Shown here: positions 20,208 to 30,178 of the stretch, one piece after another
Layout: each line of letters starts with the position of its first letter
How positions within the stretch are numbered: position 1 is the stretch's first letter
NCBI GenBank assembly: GCA_020846855.1
Contig: JADLDD010000013.1
Coordinates: forward strand, 1,530 to 65,529
Direction: 5' to 3'
Length of the DNA stretch: 64,000 nucleotides
Origin: Acidimicrobiia bacterium
GTDB taxonomy: Bacteria > Actinomycetota > Acidimicrobiia > IMCC26256 > JADLDD01
Notes under the pieces: generated by a model
Databases searched by the model: none
What the model saw: only the letters and a program-made list of their open reading frames with translations
Told to the model about the DNA's origin: nothing
Position numbers and translations under genes: made by a program

Positions 20208-21294
20208 CGCGGGGTTCGTAGGCGCAGCTCGGGTCCGCGGCCAGGTGGTCGCCGGTGACGGCCCACGCGCGGGCCCGGCTGCCGCCGCACGTGAGGGCGA
20301 ACTCGCAGCGTCCGCACTTGCCCTTCAGCAGCGACGGGTCGCGCAACGAGGTGAACAGCGGCGACTCGCGGTACCAGTGGGCGAGGGGGGCGTCGCGGAC
20401 GTTGCCGGCCGACTGCTGGAGGAAGCCCGACGGGCAGACGTCGCCGTGGTGGGAGACGAAGCAGAAGCCGTTGCCGTCGCTGACGCCCGGCCCGGCACCG
20501 AGCCCGTGCTGGATGCGGACCCGGCGGAAGGTGGGCGAGGCGATCGTGCGGACCGCGAACGGGAAGTCGGTGGTCACCAGCCACTCGAGCACCCGTTCGT
20601 GCTCGTGGGGGTCGAGCATCTGGTCGGCGGCGGCCCGGCCGGTGGGCACCACGAAGAACAGCGTCCAGACGCTCACCTTGCCCTCGAGCAGTCCGACCAC
20701 GTCGGGCAGGTCCGCGACCGTGCGGCGCGACACCGTGGTCGCGACCTGGAGCCGGGCGTCGAGACCGGAGGCCACGCCGATGGAGGTGATGGTCCGGTCG
20801 AAGGAGCCCGAGACCCCACGGAAGCCGTCGTGGGTCTCCGCCGAGGCGCCGTCGAGGCTGAGGTGGATGGTGGACGCGCCGGACTCGACGGCCCGGCCGA
20901 GGGCGGCGGGCGTGAGGCGCGGGGTGACGCTGGGGGAGAACCCGGCGTGCATCCCGGACCGGTCGACGGCGCCGAGGAGGTCGAACACGTCGGGGCGGGC
21001 CAGGGGGTCGCCGCCGGTGATCACGAAGACGGAGACGCCCATCTCCGCGGCCTGGTGGATCAGCTCGAGGCCCTCGTCGGTGTCGAGCTCGTTCGGGTCG
21101 CGGCGGGTCTGGGCGTCGGCTCGGCAGTGGACGCAGCGCAGCGGGCAGGCGCGGGTCGTCTCCCACGCCAGCGTGAACGGGGCCGACGAGAAGTCGGACG
21201 GGAAGGCGGGCCGGCCCTCCGCGCCGGGTGAGGGCGCGCCGCCGGGTGGGGAGGCGACCGGGATCCGGCCGTCGACGGTGGTCTGTCCACCCAT
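20200..21294 (-). CDS. Radical SAM/SPASM protein, TIGR04053/AhbD-like, 364 aa
   Basis: ATG 21294 with [24 protein letters not shown] (CxxxCxxC), [37 protein letters not shown]; overlaps the hemE start. Confidence 0.88.
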   Translation of the reverse strand: MGGQTTVDGRIPVASPPGGAPSPGAEGRPAFPSDFSSAPFTLAWETTRACPLRCVHCRADAQTRRDPNELDTDEGLELIHQAAEMGVSVFVITGGDPLARPDVFDLLGAVDRSGMHAGFSPSVTPRLTPAALGRAVESGASTIHLSLDGASAETHDGFRGVSGSFDRTITSIGVASGLDARLQVATTVSRRTVADLPDVVGLLEGKVSVWTLFFVVPTGRAAADQMLDPHEHERVLEWLVTTDFPFAVRTIASPTFRRVRIQHGLGAGPGVSDGNGFCFVSHHGDVCPSGFLQQSAGNVRDAPLAHWYRESPLFTSLRDPSLLKGKCGRCEFALTCGGSRARAWAVTGDHLAADPSCAYEPRGG

Positions 21295-21569
21295 AGGGGA
21301 CCTCCCTGACGTGGCGTGGCGGACCTCAGGAGTATGGCCTGGCGCGCCCAGGGGTCTCGATGCGGGGCACCCGCAGGGGACCCCGGCCGTACGACCGGAC
21401 CGCCCATGCGACCCATCGTGTGGCCCATCGCGTGCCCCGCCGCGTGTCGCCCGTGCGCGCGGTGGGTGTGCGGGCGCCCCGTGGCCTCTGGTAGCACCGG
21501 GTCCGCCCGGTCGTGACCGGTTCCGCCTAGCCTGGCCGCCAGGCCGGCCCGAGCCCAAGGAGAACGAAG

Positions 21570-22154
21570 GTGACGAGCGCGACCTACCCCACGATCTTCG
21601 ACGCGGTGCCCCTCCCACGGACCCGCTGGCGAACGGCTCTGGGGGTGGTGGGCTTCGCCCTGCTCACGGCGGTCGCCGCGCAGATCCGCTTCCACCTGCC
21701 GTTCACACCGGTCCCCGTCACCGGGCAGACCTTCGCCGTGCTCCTCACCGGAGCGGCCCTCGGCATGAGGGCCGGGGCCGCGAGCCAGGCCCTCTACCTC
21801 GCGCTCGGCCTGATCGGCCTGCCCGTCTACACCGACTTCGAAGGCGGGTGGCACGCCGCGACCGGCTCGACGGGCGGCTACCTCGTGGGGTTCGTGGTCG
21901 CCGCCGCCGTGGTCGGCGCCCTCGCCGAGCGCCGCCAGGACCGCAGCTTCCTGACGTCGGTCCCGGCCATGCTCACCGGTACCGCCATCATCTACACGCT
22001 GGGAGCGCTCTGGTTGGCCCACCACCTCGACGTGAGCCTCTCCAAGGCCGTGGAGCTGGGCGTCTCCCCCTTCCTGATCGGCGACGCCGTGAAGCTGGTC
22101 GCCGCCGGGCTCCTCCTGCCGGTCGCCTGGCGCTTCGTGGGAGACGACGGATGA
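21570..22154 (+). CDS. bioY: Biotin transporter BioY (ECF S-component), 194 aa
   Basis: PVPVTGQTFAVLL, GLPVY, STGGYLVGF, PFLIGDAVK; about six TM segments; AAGGAG RBS. Confidence 0.93.
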   Translation: MTSATYPTIFDAVPLPRTRWRTALGVVGFALLTAVAAQIRFHLPFTPVPVTGQTFAVLLTGAALGMRAGAASQALYLALGLIGLPVYTDFEGGWHAATGSTGGYLVGFVVAAAVVGALAERRQDRSFLTSVPAMLTGTAIIYTLGALWLAHHLDVSLSKAVELGVSPFLIGDAVKLVAAGLLLPVAWRFVGDDG

Positions 22155-22191
22155 GCCGCGGCGCGCCCGTTCGGGTAGGGCTCAAGTATCG

Positions 22192-22944
22192 GTGCATACC
22201 GCCGAGAATGGGATCGTGAAGATCTTCCGCCAACGCCAGGTTGGCTCCAAGAAGGTCTCGCCGCAGGCGCTGAAGCACGTGATCGGCCGGGGCACCGTAC
22301 CGGCCGCCCTCGTGCTGCGCGACGTGTCCGGCGAGCTCGAGTTCCGCATGGGGGGGACCGTCACCTACGTCGACGGCGCGCCCCTGCGGATCGTCCCCAT
22401 CGGCGGCATCGGCGATGCCGAGCACGACCCCCCCGACGCCCTGGCGGCCGAGGCGACGCTCGTGGTCGCCGGCGACGAGACCGCCCTCGAGATCCCGGTG
22501 CGGGTGGCCGCCCTGGTCGGGAACCCGGGCGGCCTCGGAGGCCATGGCCGGCACGCGCTCGAGTTGGAGCTCACCGGCGACCCGGTGAGGGTCCAGCGCC
22601 GCGATTCGGTCCGGGTCGTGTGCCGCATGCCGGCCCGGGTCGCGCTCGCCGGATCCGACACCGTCGGCGACGACATCGCCGTGGAGGTGTTCGACCTCTC
22701 GGCCACGGGCGCGGGTCTCGCCAGCGACGTGCACCTGCCCGTGGGCGCGAGCCTCATCGTCGGAATCGAGACGGAGGCCGGGCCCTTCGAGGCCTACGGA
22801 ACGATCGTGCGGCGCTTCCGCGTCGGCGGCGCGTGGCGCTACGGGATCCACCTCGAGGGTGAGGCCACCGAGGTGCAGAGGCGCAGCGAGTTCGTGCTCT
22901 CGGTCGACCGGATGGTCCGCCGCCGCCCCGGCGCCCTCGCCTGA
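22192..22944 (+). CDS. PilZ-domain c-di-GMP-binding protein (YcgR-like two-domain layout); start uncertain
   Basis: QRRDSVR (RxxxR) and DLSATGAG (DxSxxG) in the C-terminal half. Confidence 0.75.
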   Translation: MHTAENGIVKIFRQRQVGSKKVSPQALKHVIGRGTVPAALVLRDVSGELEFRMGGTVTYVDGAPLRIVPIGGIGDAEHDPPDALAAEATLVVAGDETALEIPVRVAALVGNPGGLGGHGRHALELELTGDPVRVQRRDSVRVVCRMPARVALAGSDTVGDDIAVEVFDLSATGAGLASDVHLPVGASLIVGIETEAGPFEAYGTIVRRFRVGGAWRYGIHLEGEATEVQRRSEFVLSVDRMVRRRPGALA

Positions 22945-23028
22945 CCTGCGCCCGACCGCTCCCGACCGCTCCTCACCGCGCCCGACCGGCTCCGGCGGTT
23001 CCCGATCGCCCCGGCGACTCCCGGGAGC

Positions 23029-24585
23029 TCAGAGACCGGGAGGGAGCATGGCCTCCACCAGGTACGGGCCCGGTTCGGCGAACGACCTCTCCAGGGCCGC
23101 GGTGAGCTCCTCGGCCGTCGTGGCCCGCACGCCGGGGACCCCCAATCCCCCGGCGAGCGCCACGAAGTCGACGTCGGGGTTCGAGAGGTCGAGCAGCGAG
23201 GCCGCCGCCGGGCCCGGGGCCGCGGCACCGACGCGCCCGAGCTCGAGGTTGAGGATCGCGTAGGAGCGGTTGTTGTAGACGACGGTGGTCACGTCGAGAT
23301 CCTCGCGGGCCTGGGTCCACAGGGCCTGGGCGGTGTAGAGGGCGCTCCCGTCGGCCTCCAGCGACACCACCCGCCGGTCGGGGCAGGCGATGGCGGCGCC
23401 GGTGGCCACCGGCATCCCCTGGCCGATCGCGCCGCCGGTGAGGCAGAGCCAGTCGTGCGGCGGGGCGCCGGCCGTCGCCCCTGCCGACCACAGGCCGGCG
23501 GTGTTCGCCTCGTCGGAGACGATCGCGCCCTCGGGCAGCAGCGCGCCCAGGGCCTGGGCCACGGCCTCCCCGTTCAGCGCGCCGGTGGGCCGGTCGGGGC
23601 GCCCCGAGGGCTGGACGGCGGCGCGGCCGCCCGCCGCGCCCAGGGCCTCGGCCAGCGCCGCCAGCGCACCCGGGGCGTCGGCCGACCCGGTCGCGAGCTC
23701 GTGCACCTCGCAGCCGTCGGGCACGAGGTCGCTGGGCTTGCCCGGGTAGGCGAAGAAGGAGACCGGCGCCCGGGCGTCGACCAGAACCAGGTGACGGATC
23801 TCGGCGAGCTGCGCCATCGTGAACTCGGCCAGGTACCCGAGCCGCTCCACCGCCGGGCGTCCCGCGCCCCGCTCGAGGCGGGCCGGGACCGTCTCCGCGA
23901 GCATGCGGGCGCCGGTGGCCCCGGCGACCCGCCCGGCGGCGATCAGGCCGGCCGTGCGCAGCGCGGTCCCGCCCAGGAGCAGCGCCGCGGGCTCGCCGGA
24001 GCGGAGGGCCTTGGCCACCACGTCGATCGTGTCGGCGGGGACCTCGGATCGCTCCCCCCGCCGGGCGGGAAGCGCCGGCTCGCCGCCCTCCGACCACGAC
24101 GTGTCGGCCGGGAGCACGAGGCTCGCCACGCATCCCGGGGGACCGAGGGCCGCCGCCACCGCCTCGGCCCCGGCGGGCGCCACGCCCGCCGGTTCGGTGG
24201 GCCAACCCACCCAGCCCGATACGTTCCGCACGAGGAGCTCGAGGTCGGAGTCGAGGGGGGCGTCGAAGCGCTTGTGGTAGGTGGCGTGGTCGCCGACGAT
24301 GTTGACGACGGGCGTGCGCGCCCGGCGGGCGTTGTGCAGGTTGGCGAGCCCGTTCCCCAGGCCCGGCCCGAGGTGGAGAAGCGTCGCGGCCGGGCGGTCG
24401 GCCATGCGTCCGTAGCCGTCGGCGGCGCCGGTGGCGACGCCCTCGAAGACGGCCAGCACGGCCCGCATGCCGGGCACGTCGTCGAGCGCGGCGACGAAGT
24501 GCATCTCCGACGTGCCGGGGTTCGCGAAGCACGTGTCGACTCCGGAGTCGACGAGGGTGCGGATGAGGGCGTGGGCTCCGTTCAC
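23029..24585 (-). CDS. Thiamine-diphosphate enzyme, acetolactate synthase large subunit-like / 2-oxoacid decarboxylase family, 518 aa
   Basis: FANPGTSEMH, EGVATGAADGY, LHLGPG, ADGSALYT..NNRSYAIL (ThDP motif). Confidence 0.9.
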   Translation of the reverse strand: MNGAHALIRTLVDSGVDTCFANPGTSEMHFVAALDDVPGMRAVLAVFEGVATGAADGYGRMADRPAATLLHLGPGLGNGLANLHNARRARTPVVNIVGDHATYHKRFDAPLDSDLELLVRNVSGWVGWPTEPAGVAPAGAEAVAAALGPPGCVASLVLPADTSWSEGGEPALPARRGERSEVPADTIDVVAKALRSGEPAALLLGGTALRTAGLIAAGRVAGATGARMLAETVPARLERGAGRPAVERLGYLAEFTMAQLAEIRHLVLVDARAPVSFFAYPGKPSDLVPDGCEVHELATGSADAPGALAALAEALGAAGGRAAVQPSGRPDRPTGALNGEAVAQALGALLPEGAIVSDEANTAGLWSAGATAGAPPHDWLCLTGGAIGQGMPVATGAAIACPDRRVVSLEADGSALYTAQALWTQAREDLDVTTVVYNNRSYAILNLELGRVGAAAPGPAAASLLDLSNPDVDFVALAGGLGVPGVRATTAEELTAALERSFAEPGPYLVEAMLPPGL

Positions 24586-24586
24586 A

Positions 24587-25993
24587 TCAGGCTCCGGGCT
24601 CGGGGTCGAAGAGGACGCCGGGGTTGAGGATCCCCAGGGGGTCGAAAGCGGCCTTGATCCGGCGCATCACGTCGAGCTTGGCCGGGTCCTCGAGTTCGAG
24701 GAAGTAGCGCTTCTTCTCGCGGCCGATGCCGTGCTCGGCCGAGATGGCACCGCCGAGCGCCATGCCGGCCTCGAACAGCGCCCGCATCACCGCGTAGCGC
24801 CGCTCGGCGTCGGGCTGGAACACGGCCAGGTGGACGTTGCCGTCGCCGGCGTGGCCGCAGCCGGCGATCAGCGCCCCGTTGGACGCCGCGTGCTCGGCGA
24901 CCCGGGCCATGAACTGCGGTATCGCGGCCCGGGGCACCACCACGTCGACGATGTCGTCGGCGTGGTTGGCCTTGGCCGCCCAGAACGACTTCTCGCGCGC
25001 GTCGATCAGGTCGGCCGCGGCCCGGGGCGGCAGCACGTAGACGTCGAGCGCGCCGAGGTCGGCGAGCAGGGAGCCGAGGCGGCTCACGTCGTCGTCGAGG
25101 CGGGCCTCGATGCGACCTTCGAGGATCACCACCAGGTAGGCGAGGGCGTGGTCCTGGATCTCGGGCGGGATCCCCAGGTCGAGGCCGGTGTGGTTCCGCA
25201 TGGCCGACATCGTGAGGATGTCGATGTACTCGAGGATCAGCGGGTCGACGCCCGAGTCGACGATCCGGGGTACGGCGGTGGTCACCTCGTCGAGGGTCGC
25301 GAACGGCGCCAGCACCGTGACCTGGTGCTCGGCGCGGGGGTAGAGCCGCAGCGTCGCCTCGGTGACCAGCGCCAGCGTGCCCTCGGACCCGACGATGAGC
25401 TGGGTGAGGTCGTAGCCCGTGGTCGCCTTCACGAACTTGCCGCCGGTGCGGATCACGTCGCCGCCGGCGAGGACGGCCTCGAGCCCGAGGACCTGGTGCC
25501 GGGTCACCCCGTACTTGACGGCTCGCATGCCGCCGGCGTTCGTCGCGACGTTGCCTCCGAGGCTCGCGCTGTACTCGCCCGGGTAGACCGGGTAGACGAG
25601 GCCCGCGGCGGCGGTGGCCTCGTCGAGACGGTCGAGGGTCACCCCCGGCTGGACCACGGCCACGTGGTTGTCGGTGTCGATCTCGAGGATCGACGCCATC
25701 CGCTCGAACGAGACGACGATCCCCCCCTCCACGGGGATGCTCCCGCCCGAGAGCCCGGTCCCGGTGCCCCTGGCCGTCACCGGCATCCGGTGGACCGCCG
25801 CCACCCGGAGGACCTCCGACACCTCGGCCGTCGAGCCCGGCCGCACCACGATCGCCGGCGCCACCGGCCGTGCGGTCAGGGACTCGTCGTGGGAGTAGTC
25901 GGCGGTGGACGAGTCGCCGGGCTCGGCGTGGCCGGGGCCGACCGCGGCGGCCAGCTCCGCGAGCACGGATTCGACGACGGGGTCACGGCTCAC
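24587..25993 (-). CDS. FAD-linked oxidase, GlcD/D-lactate dehydrogenase family, 468 aa
   Basis: RGTGTGLSGG, GGNVATNAGG, GSEGTL, GHAGDGNVH, SAEHGIG, DPLGILNPG; AGGAGG RBS. Confidence 0.92.
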   Translation of the reverse strand: MSRDPVVESVLAELAAAVGPGHAEPGDSSTADYSHDESLTARPVAPAIVVRPGSTAEVSEVLRVAAVHRMPVTARGTGTGLSGGSIPVEGGIVVSFERMASILEIDTDNHVAVVQPGVTLDRLDEATAAAGLVYPVYPGEYSASLGGNVATNAGGMRAVKYGVTRHQVLGLEAVLAGGDVIRTGGKFVKATTGYDLTQLIVGSEGTLALVTEATLRLYPRAEHQVTVLAPFATLDEVTTAVPRIVDSGVDPLILEYIDILTMSAMRNHTGLDLGIPPEIQDHALAYLVVILEGRIEARLDDDVSRLGSLLADLGALDVYVLPPRAAADLIDAREKSFWAAKANHADDIVDVVVPRAAIPQFMARVAEHAASNGALIAGCGHAGDGNVHLAVFQPDAERRYAVMRALFEAGMALGGAISAEHGIGREKKRYFLELEDPAKLDVMRRIKAAFDPLGILNPGVLFDPEPGA

Positions 25994-26078
25994 GGGCGCC
26001 TCCTGGGTGCCGGCGGGCGGATGGGGTACGGGGACGGCCGGGGGGTCGAGGCCGCCGGCCCCGGCGTCGGTGGGGCGG

Positions 26079-27827
26079 TCACCCGGACCCCTCGGTCCAC
26101 AGGCCCAGGAGGAGGTGGTAGCCGGCCACGATCGGCGGGGGCCGCACCGCGGTCTCCCGACCGTCGGGGCCCGGCAACCCGGGGCCGACGACGCCGTGGA
26201 CGGCGTCGGTGGAGGCGACCCACCACTGCTGGTACCAGAGCCAGTAGTTGTACACCTGGGTCGCCATGTGGCGCATGAGCCCCTGGTAGATCTCGGCGCG
26301 CTCGGCGCGGTCGGTGGCGACCCGTCCGCGGTCGAGGGCGTCGTCGATGACCGGGTCGTCGACGTGGTTGAAGTCGAGGATCGACCCGGAGTGGAACCAC
26401 ACGTAGATGCTGTCGGGGTCGCCGCCCGGGTAGTTGCGCCAAAGGAAGGCGTTCACCCCGCCGGTGATGGCGGTGGCGATGAGGGTGCCCTGGTCGGTCG
26501 GGCGCGCCAGGTGGACCGCGATGCCCGCCCGACCCAGTTGCCGGCGGACCTCCTTGGCGAAGGTCTGGGTCAACTGGTCGTAGGTGGTGTGCAGGTCGAA
26601 CTCGAAGCGGCCGCCGTGGCCGGCCTTGTACCTCGCCACGAGGGTCCGGGCCTTCGCGAGGTCGTGGGCCGGCTGGCGGGCGTCCTTCGCGTAGCCGAGC
26701 ACCTTGGTGTCGTAGGGCCCCTCGGCGAAGCGCCACAGGGGCGACCCGGCGTTGGAGATCCGGTTGAGGATCCGTCGGTCGAGGGCATGGGCGAGGGCGC
26801 GCCGGGCGTCGAGGTCGTCGAACGGCGGCTTCGACACGTCGAGCAGGATGTGGCCGACCTCCATGTTCCCGGGCGGTTCGAGGATCGCGCGGTAGCCGTC
26901 GCCCAGCTTGCGGACCTGGGCGAGGGAGGCGCCGCCGCTGCCGTGGATCATGTCGTACTGCCCGCCCCGCAGGCCGTTGGCCCTCTGCAGGCCGTCCTCC
27001 TGGGCCCGGAAGCGGATGCCGTCGAGGTACGGAAATCCCTTGCGCCAGTAGTCGGGGTTGCGCACCACGTCGATCGCGCCGGTGGTGGGATCGAACGTCT
27101 TCTTGCGGAACGGCCCGGTGCCGATCATGTTCGTCTGGCAGGTCTTCGGGTCGTTGAGCTGGGCCGGCGCCACGATCCCTGTACGGCCGAAGGTGTACAG
27201 GTACATGGGGAAGGTCGGCCACGGCTGCTTCATGGTGACGGTGACCGTCTTCGGGTCGGGGGTCGACACCGACGCGACGGGCCGGAACGGGACGCCGAGC
27301 AACGGGCCCTTGCGCCAGGCCTCGATGTTGAGGGCGACGGCCGCGGCGTCGAGCGGGGTCCCGTCGTGGAACCGGATGCCGTCGCGCAGCCCGATGGTCC
27401 AGACCCGGTAGTCGGCGCTGGGCTCGACGGACTTGGCCAGGTACGGGACGTAGCGGCCCGCCGCGGTGGGCATCGTGAGCGTGTCGTACACAGCTTGGGT
27501 GACCATCACGCCGGGGAGCGACAGTTGCGCCACGGGCAGGCAGAAGTTGTCGGTCTTGGCCTCGAGGCCGTAGGTGATCGTGCCGCCGCGGCGGGGCCGG
27601 CCCTCGTCGGGAGGCTCGACCCCGGCCACCACGGTGTTCCCCCGCGCGGCCCGGTCTCCGTTGCCGTTGCCGGAGCCGCCGCCGCACGCGGTGGCCACGA
27701 GCGCGAGCACCGCCAGGAGCGCGACGGCGGGGTACCCGCGCCTCGACGGTCGGAGCCGCGGCCGGCTCGTCGCCCTGGGCCGCCGCGCGTCGCGGCGGCT
27801 CGCCGTCGTGTAGTCGAGGACCAGCAA
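26079..27827 (-). CDS. ABC transporter substrate-binding lipoprotein, family 5 (peptide/nickel type), about 582 aa
   Basis: TTG 27827 after GGGGAG; lipobox VATAC; YDTLT, PYLAKS, LRDGIRFHDGTP, IGTGPF, RNPDYW, PPFDD..ARRAL. Confidence 0.88.
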   Translation of the reverse strand: MLVLDYTTASRRDARRPRATSRPRLRPSRRGYPAVALLAVLALVATACGGGSGNGNGDRAARGNTVVAGVEPPDEGRPRRGGTITYGLEAKTDNFCLPVAQLSLPGVMVTQAVYDTLTMPTAAGRYVPYLAKSVEPSADYRVWTIGLRDGIRFHDGTPLDAAAVALNIEAWRKGPLLGVPFRPVASVSTPDPKTVTVTMKQPWPTFPMYLYTFGRTGIVAPAQLNDPKTCQTNMIGTGPFRKKTFDPTTGAIDVVRNPDYWRKGFPYLDGIRFRAQEDGLQRANGLRGGQYDMIHGSGGASLAQVRKLGDGYRAILEPPGNMEVGHILLDVSKPPFDDLDARRALAHALDRRILNRISNAGSPLWRFAEGPYDTKVLGYAKDARQPAHDLAKARTLVARYKAGHGGRFEFDLHTTYDQLTQTFAKEVRRQLGRAGIAVHLARPTDQGTLIATAITGGVNAFLWRNYPGGDPDSIYVWFHSGSILDFNHVDDPVIDDALDRGRVATDRAERAEIYQGLMRHMATQVYNYWLWYQQWWVASTDAVHGVVGPGLPGPDGRETAVRPPPIVAGYHLLLGLWTEGSG

Positions 27828-28044
27828 TGCTCTCCCCCCCGGACGATCCCCCGAGCGCCCTGCCGGCGGCCGTCGGGCCGCCCGCCCGGCGAGCGTAGCG
27901 GCCGCCGGTTTCCGGTGGGTCGGGCCCTGACCGCGTGTGGGGCGCGACCGCGGCCCGACGGGGGAGGGGTCGGGTACGCGAACATCGCGGGTCGTGAGGC
28001 CGGGTGGGCGACGGGTTGGCGGGCTGACCGGCGCGGTCGCCGGC

Positions 28045-30120
28045 GTGGAAGACGTGCAGGCGCGCGCGCCCGGGGAGGTAGCGGCCGACGGCGGGCCTGA
28101 CCTCGCGTCCGACGCGGTGGAGCCCGTGACCGGCGCGGCGCCGGGCCCGCCGGGCGCGCCGGTCACGCCCCCGTTCGAGTACCAGCCGGCGCTCGACGGC
28201 CTGCGCGCCCTGGCGGTCGTCGCCGTGCTCCTCTACCACGGCAACGCGACCTGGGCCCGTGGCGGGTTCCTCGGGGTCGACGCCTTCTTCGTCCTCAGCG
28301 GCTACCTCATCACGTCGCTGCTGCTGATCGAGCACGCCCGCCAGGGGCGGATCGCGCTCCGGGCGTTCTGGGCCCGCCGGGCCCGGCGCCTCCTGCCGGC
28401 CCTCTTCGCGGTGCTCGTGGCCGTGGCCGCCTACGGCGCGTTCCTCGCCCCCGCCGACCAGGTCCGGAGCATCTGGGCCGACGGCCTCTCCACGCTCTTC
28501 TACGTGCAGAACTGGCACCAGATCTTCTCGGACCAGTCCTACTTCGCGTCCGGGGCGCCTTCGCCCCTGCGCCACGCCTGGTCGCTGGCCATCGAGGAGC
28601 AGTGGTACGTGGTCTGGCCGTTGCTGCTGGGCCTGCTGGTGGCGCTCACCCGCCGCCGCCGGGCGCGGCTCCTGGCCGTGGTGGTGGCCCTGGCGGGCGC
28701 GTCGGCGCTGCTGATGGCCGTCCTGCACCAACCCGGCACCGATCCGTCGCGCGTGTACTACGGCACCGACACGCGGGCGCAGTCCCTGCTCGTCGGCTCG
28801 GCCCTGGCCGTCCTCCTGTACCACCGGCCGGCCGGGTGGGGCCTGGGTGCCGGGGCCCGCCGGGCGCTCGACGGGGCGGGGCTCGTAGCGCTCGCCGCGG
28901 CCCTCTGGGCCTGGTCGTCGACGGGCTCGTTCTCCGACGGGCTCTATCGCGGTGGCTTCGCCTCGATGGCCCTGCTCGTGGCGCTCGTCGTGGCGGCGGC
29001 CGTGGCGCCGGGCCCCGGGGCGGTCAAGTACCTGCTCTCGCGTCGGCCCCTCGTGGAGGTCGGCCTGATCTCCTACGGGCTCTACCTCTGGCATTGGCCG
29101 GTCTACCTGGTGGTCACGAAGGGGCGAACCGGCCTCGACGGGGACCGGCTGCTGCTCGCGCGCCTCGGCGTGTCCTTCGGTGTGGCCCTGGCGTCGTATC
29201 ACCTCGTGGAGCGGCCGTTCCGCTTCGGTGGCCTCGCCCGGCGGGTGGGCTGGTCGGCGGTTCCGGCCGGCGCGGCGTTGGTGACCGTCGCGCTCGCGCT
29301 GGGGACCACCGGGCTGGTGCTCTCCCAGCCGCCCTCCGACGTGCCCCGGGCCCAGGTGAAGCTGAAGAGCCCGGAGGACGCGGCCCGGTCGCGCGCCCTG
29401 ATCGGCCTGGCCAACCCCCCGAACATCGTGCGAGGCGTGCTCCTCGGCGACTCCGTGGCCGGGACCCTGAACAGCGCCCAGCCGTCCGCCTCGGCCACTC
29501 GCGGCCTCAGGGTCGACGCGACCGGGACCGTCATCGCGTGCGGGATCATGACCGGACCCCTGAGAGGCGACGGCCTCTACTCCGATCAGGAGCGGTGCGG
29601 CCTCCTCGACCGGCTCTGGGCCCAGACCGTCGACATCTGGCGCCCCAACGTCGTGCTGCTCCTGACCGGGGCGTGGGAGGTGTTCGACCGCCGGATCGGC
29701 GGCGACTGGGTGTCGTTCGGATCGGGCGCCTTCCGCGCCGCGCTCCATCGCCGGCTCGAGGCCGTCTACCGGGCCGCCACCCGCTACGGCGCCCGGCTGG
29801 TGATCCTCACCACCCCCTGCTTCGACCCTCCGGACACCCTGAGCTGGGGTGCCGAGCGGCGCGACCCGGACCGGATCGCGTGGCTGAACCGGCAGTGGCG
29901 AGGGTTCGCGGCCACCCACCCCGGCCGGGTGGCGGTCCTCGACCTGGAGGGGCTGGTCTGCCCCGGCGGCCGGTACACCGACCGCATCGGCGGTCGGGTC
30001 GTGCGGCGCCCGGACGGGGTGCACTTCACGGCCGAGGGCTCCCGGTACGTGTGGAGCCGGCTGGCCCCCCGGCTGCGGGAGCTCGCCCCGCCGGCCGACC
30101 GGATCGACCGCGACTTCTGA
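28045..30120 (+). CDS. Acyltransferase-3 + SGNH O-acyltransferase (OatA/OafA-like); start approximate
   Basis: LDGLRALAV, GGFLGVDAFFVLSGYLIT, HAWSLAIEEQWY, ISYGLYLWHWP, SYHLVERP; SGNH motifs GDSVA and DGVH. Confidence 0.92.
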   Translation: MEDVQARAPGEVAADGGPDLASDAVEPVTGAAPGPPGAPVTPPFEYQPALDGLRALAVVAVLLYHGNATWARGGFLGVDAFFVLSGYLITSLLLIEHARQGRIALRAFWARRARRLLPALFAVLVAVAAYGAFLAPADQVRSIWADGLSTLFYVQNWHQIFSDQSYFASGAPSPLRHAWSLAIEEQWYVVWPLLLGLLVALTRRRRARLLAVVVALAGASALLMAVLHQPGTDPSRVYYGTDTRAQSLLVGSALAVLLYHRPAGWGLGAGARRALDGAGLVALAAALWAWSSTGSFSDGLYRGGFASMALLVALVVAAAVAPGPGAVKYLLSRRPLVEVGLISYGLYLWHWPVYLVVTKGRTGLDGDRLLLARLGVSFGVALASYHLVERPFRFGGLARRVGWSAVPAGAALVTVALALGTTGLVLSQPPSDVPRAQVKLKSPEDAARSRALIGLANPPNIVRGVLLGDSVAGTLNSAQPSASATRGLRVDATGTVIACGIMTGPLRGDGLYSDQERCGLLDRLWAQTVDIWRPNVVLLLTGAWEVFDRRIGGDWVSFGSGAFRAALHRRLEAVYRAATRYGARLVILTTPCFDPPDTLSWGAERRDPDRIAWLNRQWRGFAATHPGRVAVLDLEGLVCPGGRYTDRIGGRVVRRPDGVHFTAEGSRYVWSRLAPRLRELAPPADRIDRDF

Positions 30121-30178
30121 TTCCGGATCCGGCTCGTGACGCCGGTCGGGCCCCCGCGGCGCGCCAAGATGGGCGGCC

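Noticed and set aside
20200..21294. Radical SAM/SPASM enzyme as a RiPP maturase (e.g. mycofactocin or PQQ type)
   Set aside because: No precursor peptide or RRE/PqqD partner is adjacent, and it overlaps hemE, which points to heme metabolism.
21295..21569. Riboswitch or ncRNA in the rSAM-bioY intergenic region (also 37308..37639)
   Set aside because: No recognisable conserved aptamer motifs by eye; an Rfam/Infernal scan would be needed to exclude one.
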